This document shows, in pieces, positions 63,688 to 64,000 of a stretch of 64,000 nucleotides of DNA; the stretch's first letter is position 1; every line of letters starts with the position of its first letter. The notes under the pieces were generated by a model. It ran no database searches. It was given only the letters and a program-made list of their open reading frames with translations, and was not told where the DNA came from. The DNA is from Candidatus Magasanikiibacteriota bacterium (GTDB lineage: Bacteria > Patescibacteriota > Patescibacteriia > Magasanikbacterales > UBA922): NCBI GenBank assembly GCA_014729395.1, contig WJJZ01000001.1:3634-67633 (forward strand). Direction: 5' to 3'. Both the position numbers and the translations under genes were made by a program.

Positions 63688-64000
63688 ATGAAAACGCGCA
63701 TAACCATTCTTTCTCTTTTTCTTGTATTCCTAACAGGTATTTTGATCGGTTCATTTCTAGGTGCTGAGAAAAAAGATATAGAGCATCAAAATCTAAGAAC
63801 CAAGAAAATGCAGGATAAGAACCCGGTAGTCATGTTCCCGAGCTTAGATCCCGATGGTGACAACTGGTTTTCTCAGGGGGACCAAAGTACCCGGCCCGAA
63901 GCCTTGTGCGAAGGATGGCCGGAATGCGAGATCGCCATGCGTTCCAGCGGACTACTCGGTGGTGGTGACTGTGACAATTTTTCATTTGATGACCCAAAGT
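63688..64000 (+). CDS. Secreted/membrane protein with DxDGD..GDCD putative metal-binding motif (partial)
   Basis: Promoter TTGACA-17-TATAAT (63561-63589), SD AGGAGGT, MKTRITILSLFLVFLTGILIG..DPDGD..GDCD; open to the window end. Confidence 0.65.
   Translation, partial: MKTRITILSLFLVFLTGILIGSFLGAEKKDIEHQNLRTKKMQDKNPVVMFPSLDPDGDNWFSQGDQSTRPEALCEGWPECEIAMRSSGLLGGGDCDNFSFDDPK

Overview
AT-rich bacterial chromosome segment, most likely Patescibacteria/CPR (an ABY1 lineage such as Magasanikbacteria is inferred, not proven). Support: rpmD/L30 is absent from the spc operon, the 16S gene is unlinked from 23S and has a variant 530 loop, and there are VirB2-like pilin-fused giant proteins. The window holds partial ftsA, dgkA, ybeY, a 15.5 kb surface-protein locus with a 3612-aa pilin-anchored Cys-rich protein, yqeY-rpsU-hisS-lepB, four tRNAs, khpA-rpsP, fusA-rpsG-rpsL, rpmB, ndk, pcrA, tgt, adk-secY-spc-S10-tuf, 16S rRNA, trmD, smc, nrnA and clpP. 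Less obvious signals: (1) a gene whose 3' end resembles a DGR variable region, with no RT or TR in the window; (2) a ~140-nt structured ncRNA candidate with a consensus promoter and terminator; (3) three candidate attenuators with upstream short ORFs and terminator/antiterminator switches (Ile/Leu/Val-rich, Lys-run, and one unassigned); (4) a strong Shine-Dalgarno on rpsU while the other core genes inspected lack one, suggesting bS21 autoregulation; (5) switch-like leaders on rpsL and rplC; (6) several small palindromic repeat families, including filled and empty sites and a GIY-YIG remnant at tRNA-Pro. All calls were made by eye; no database searches were run.
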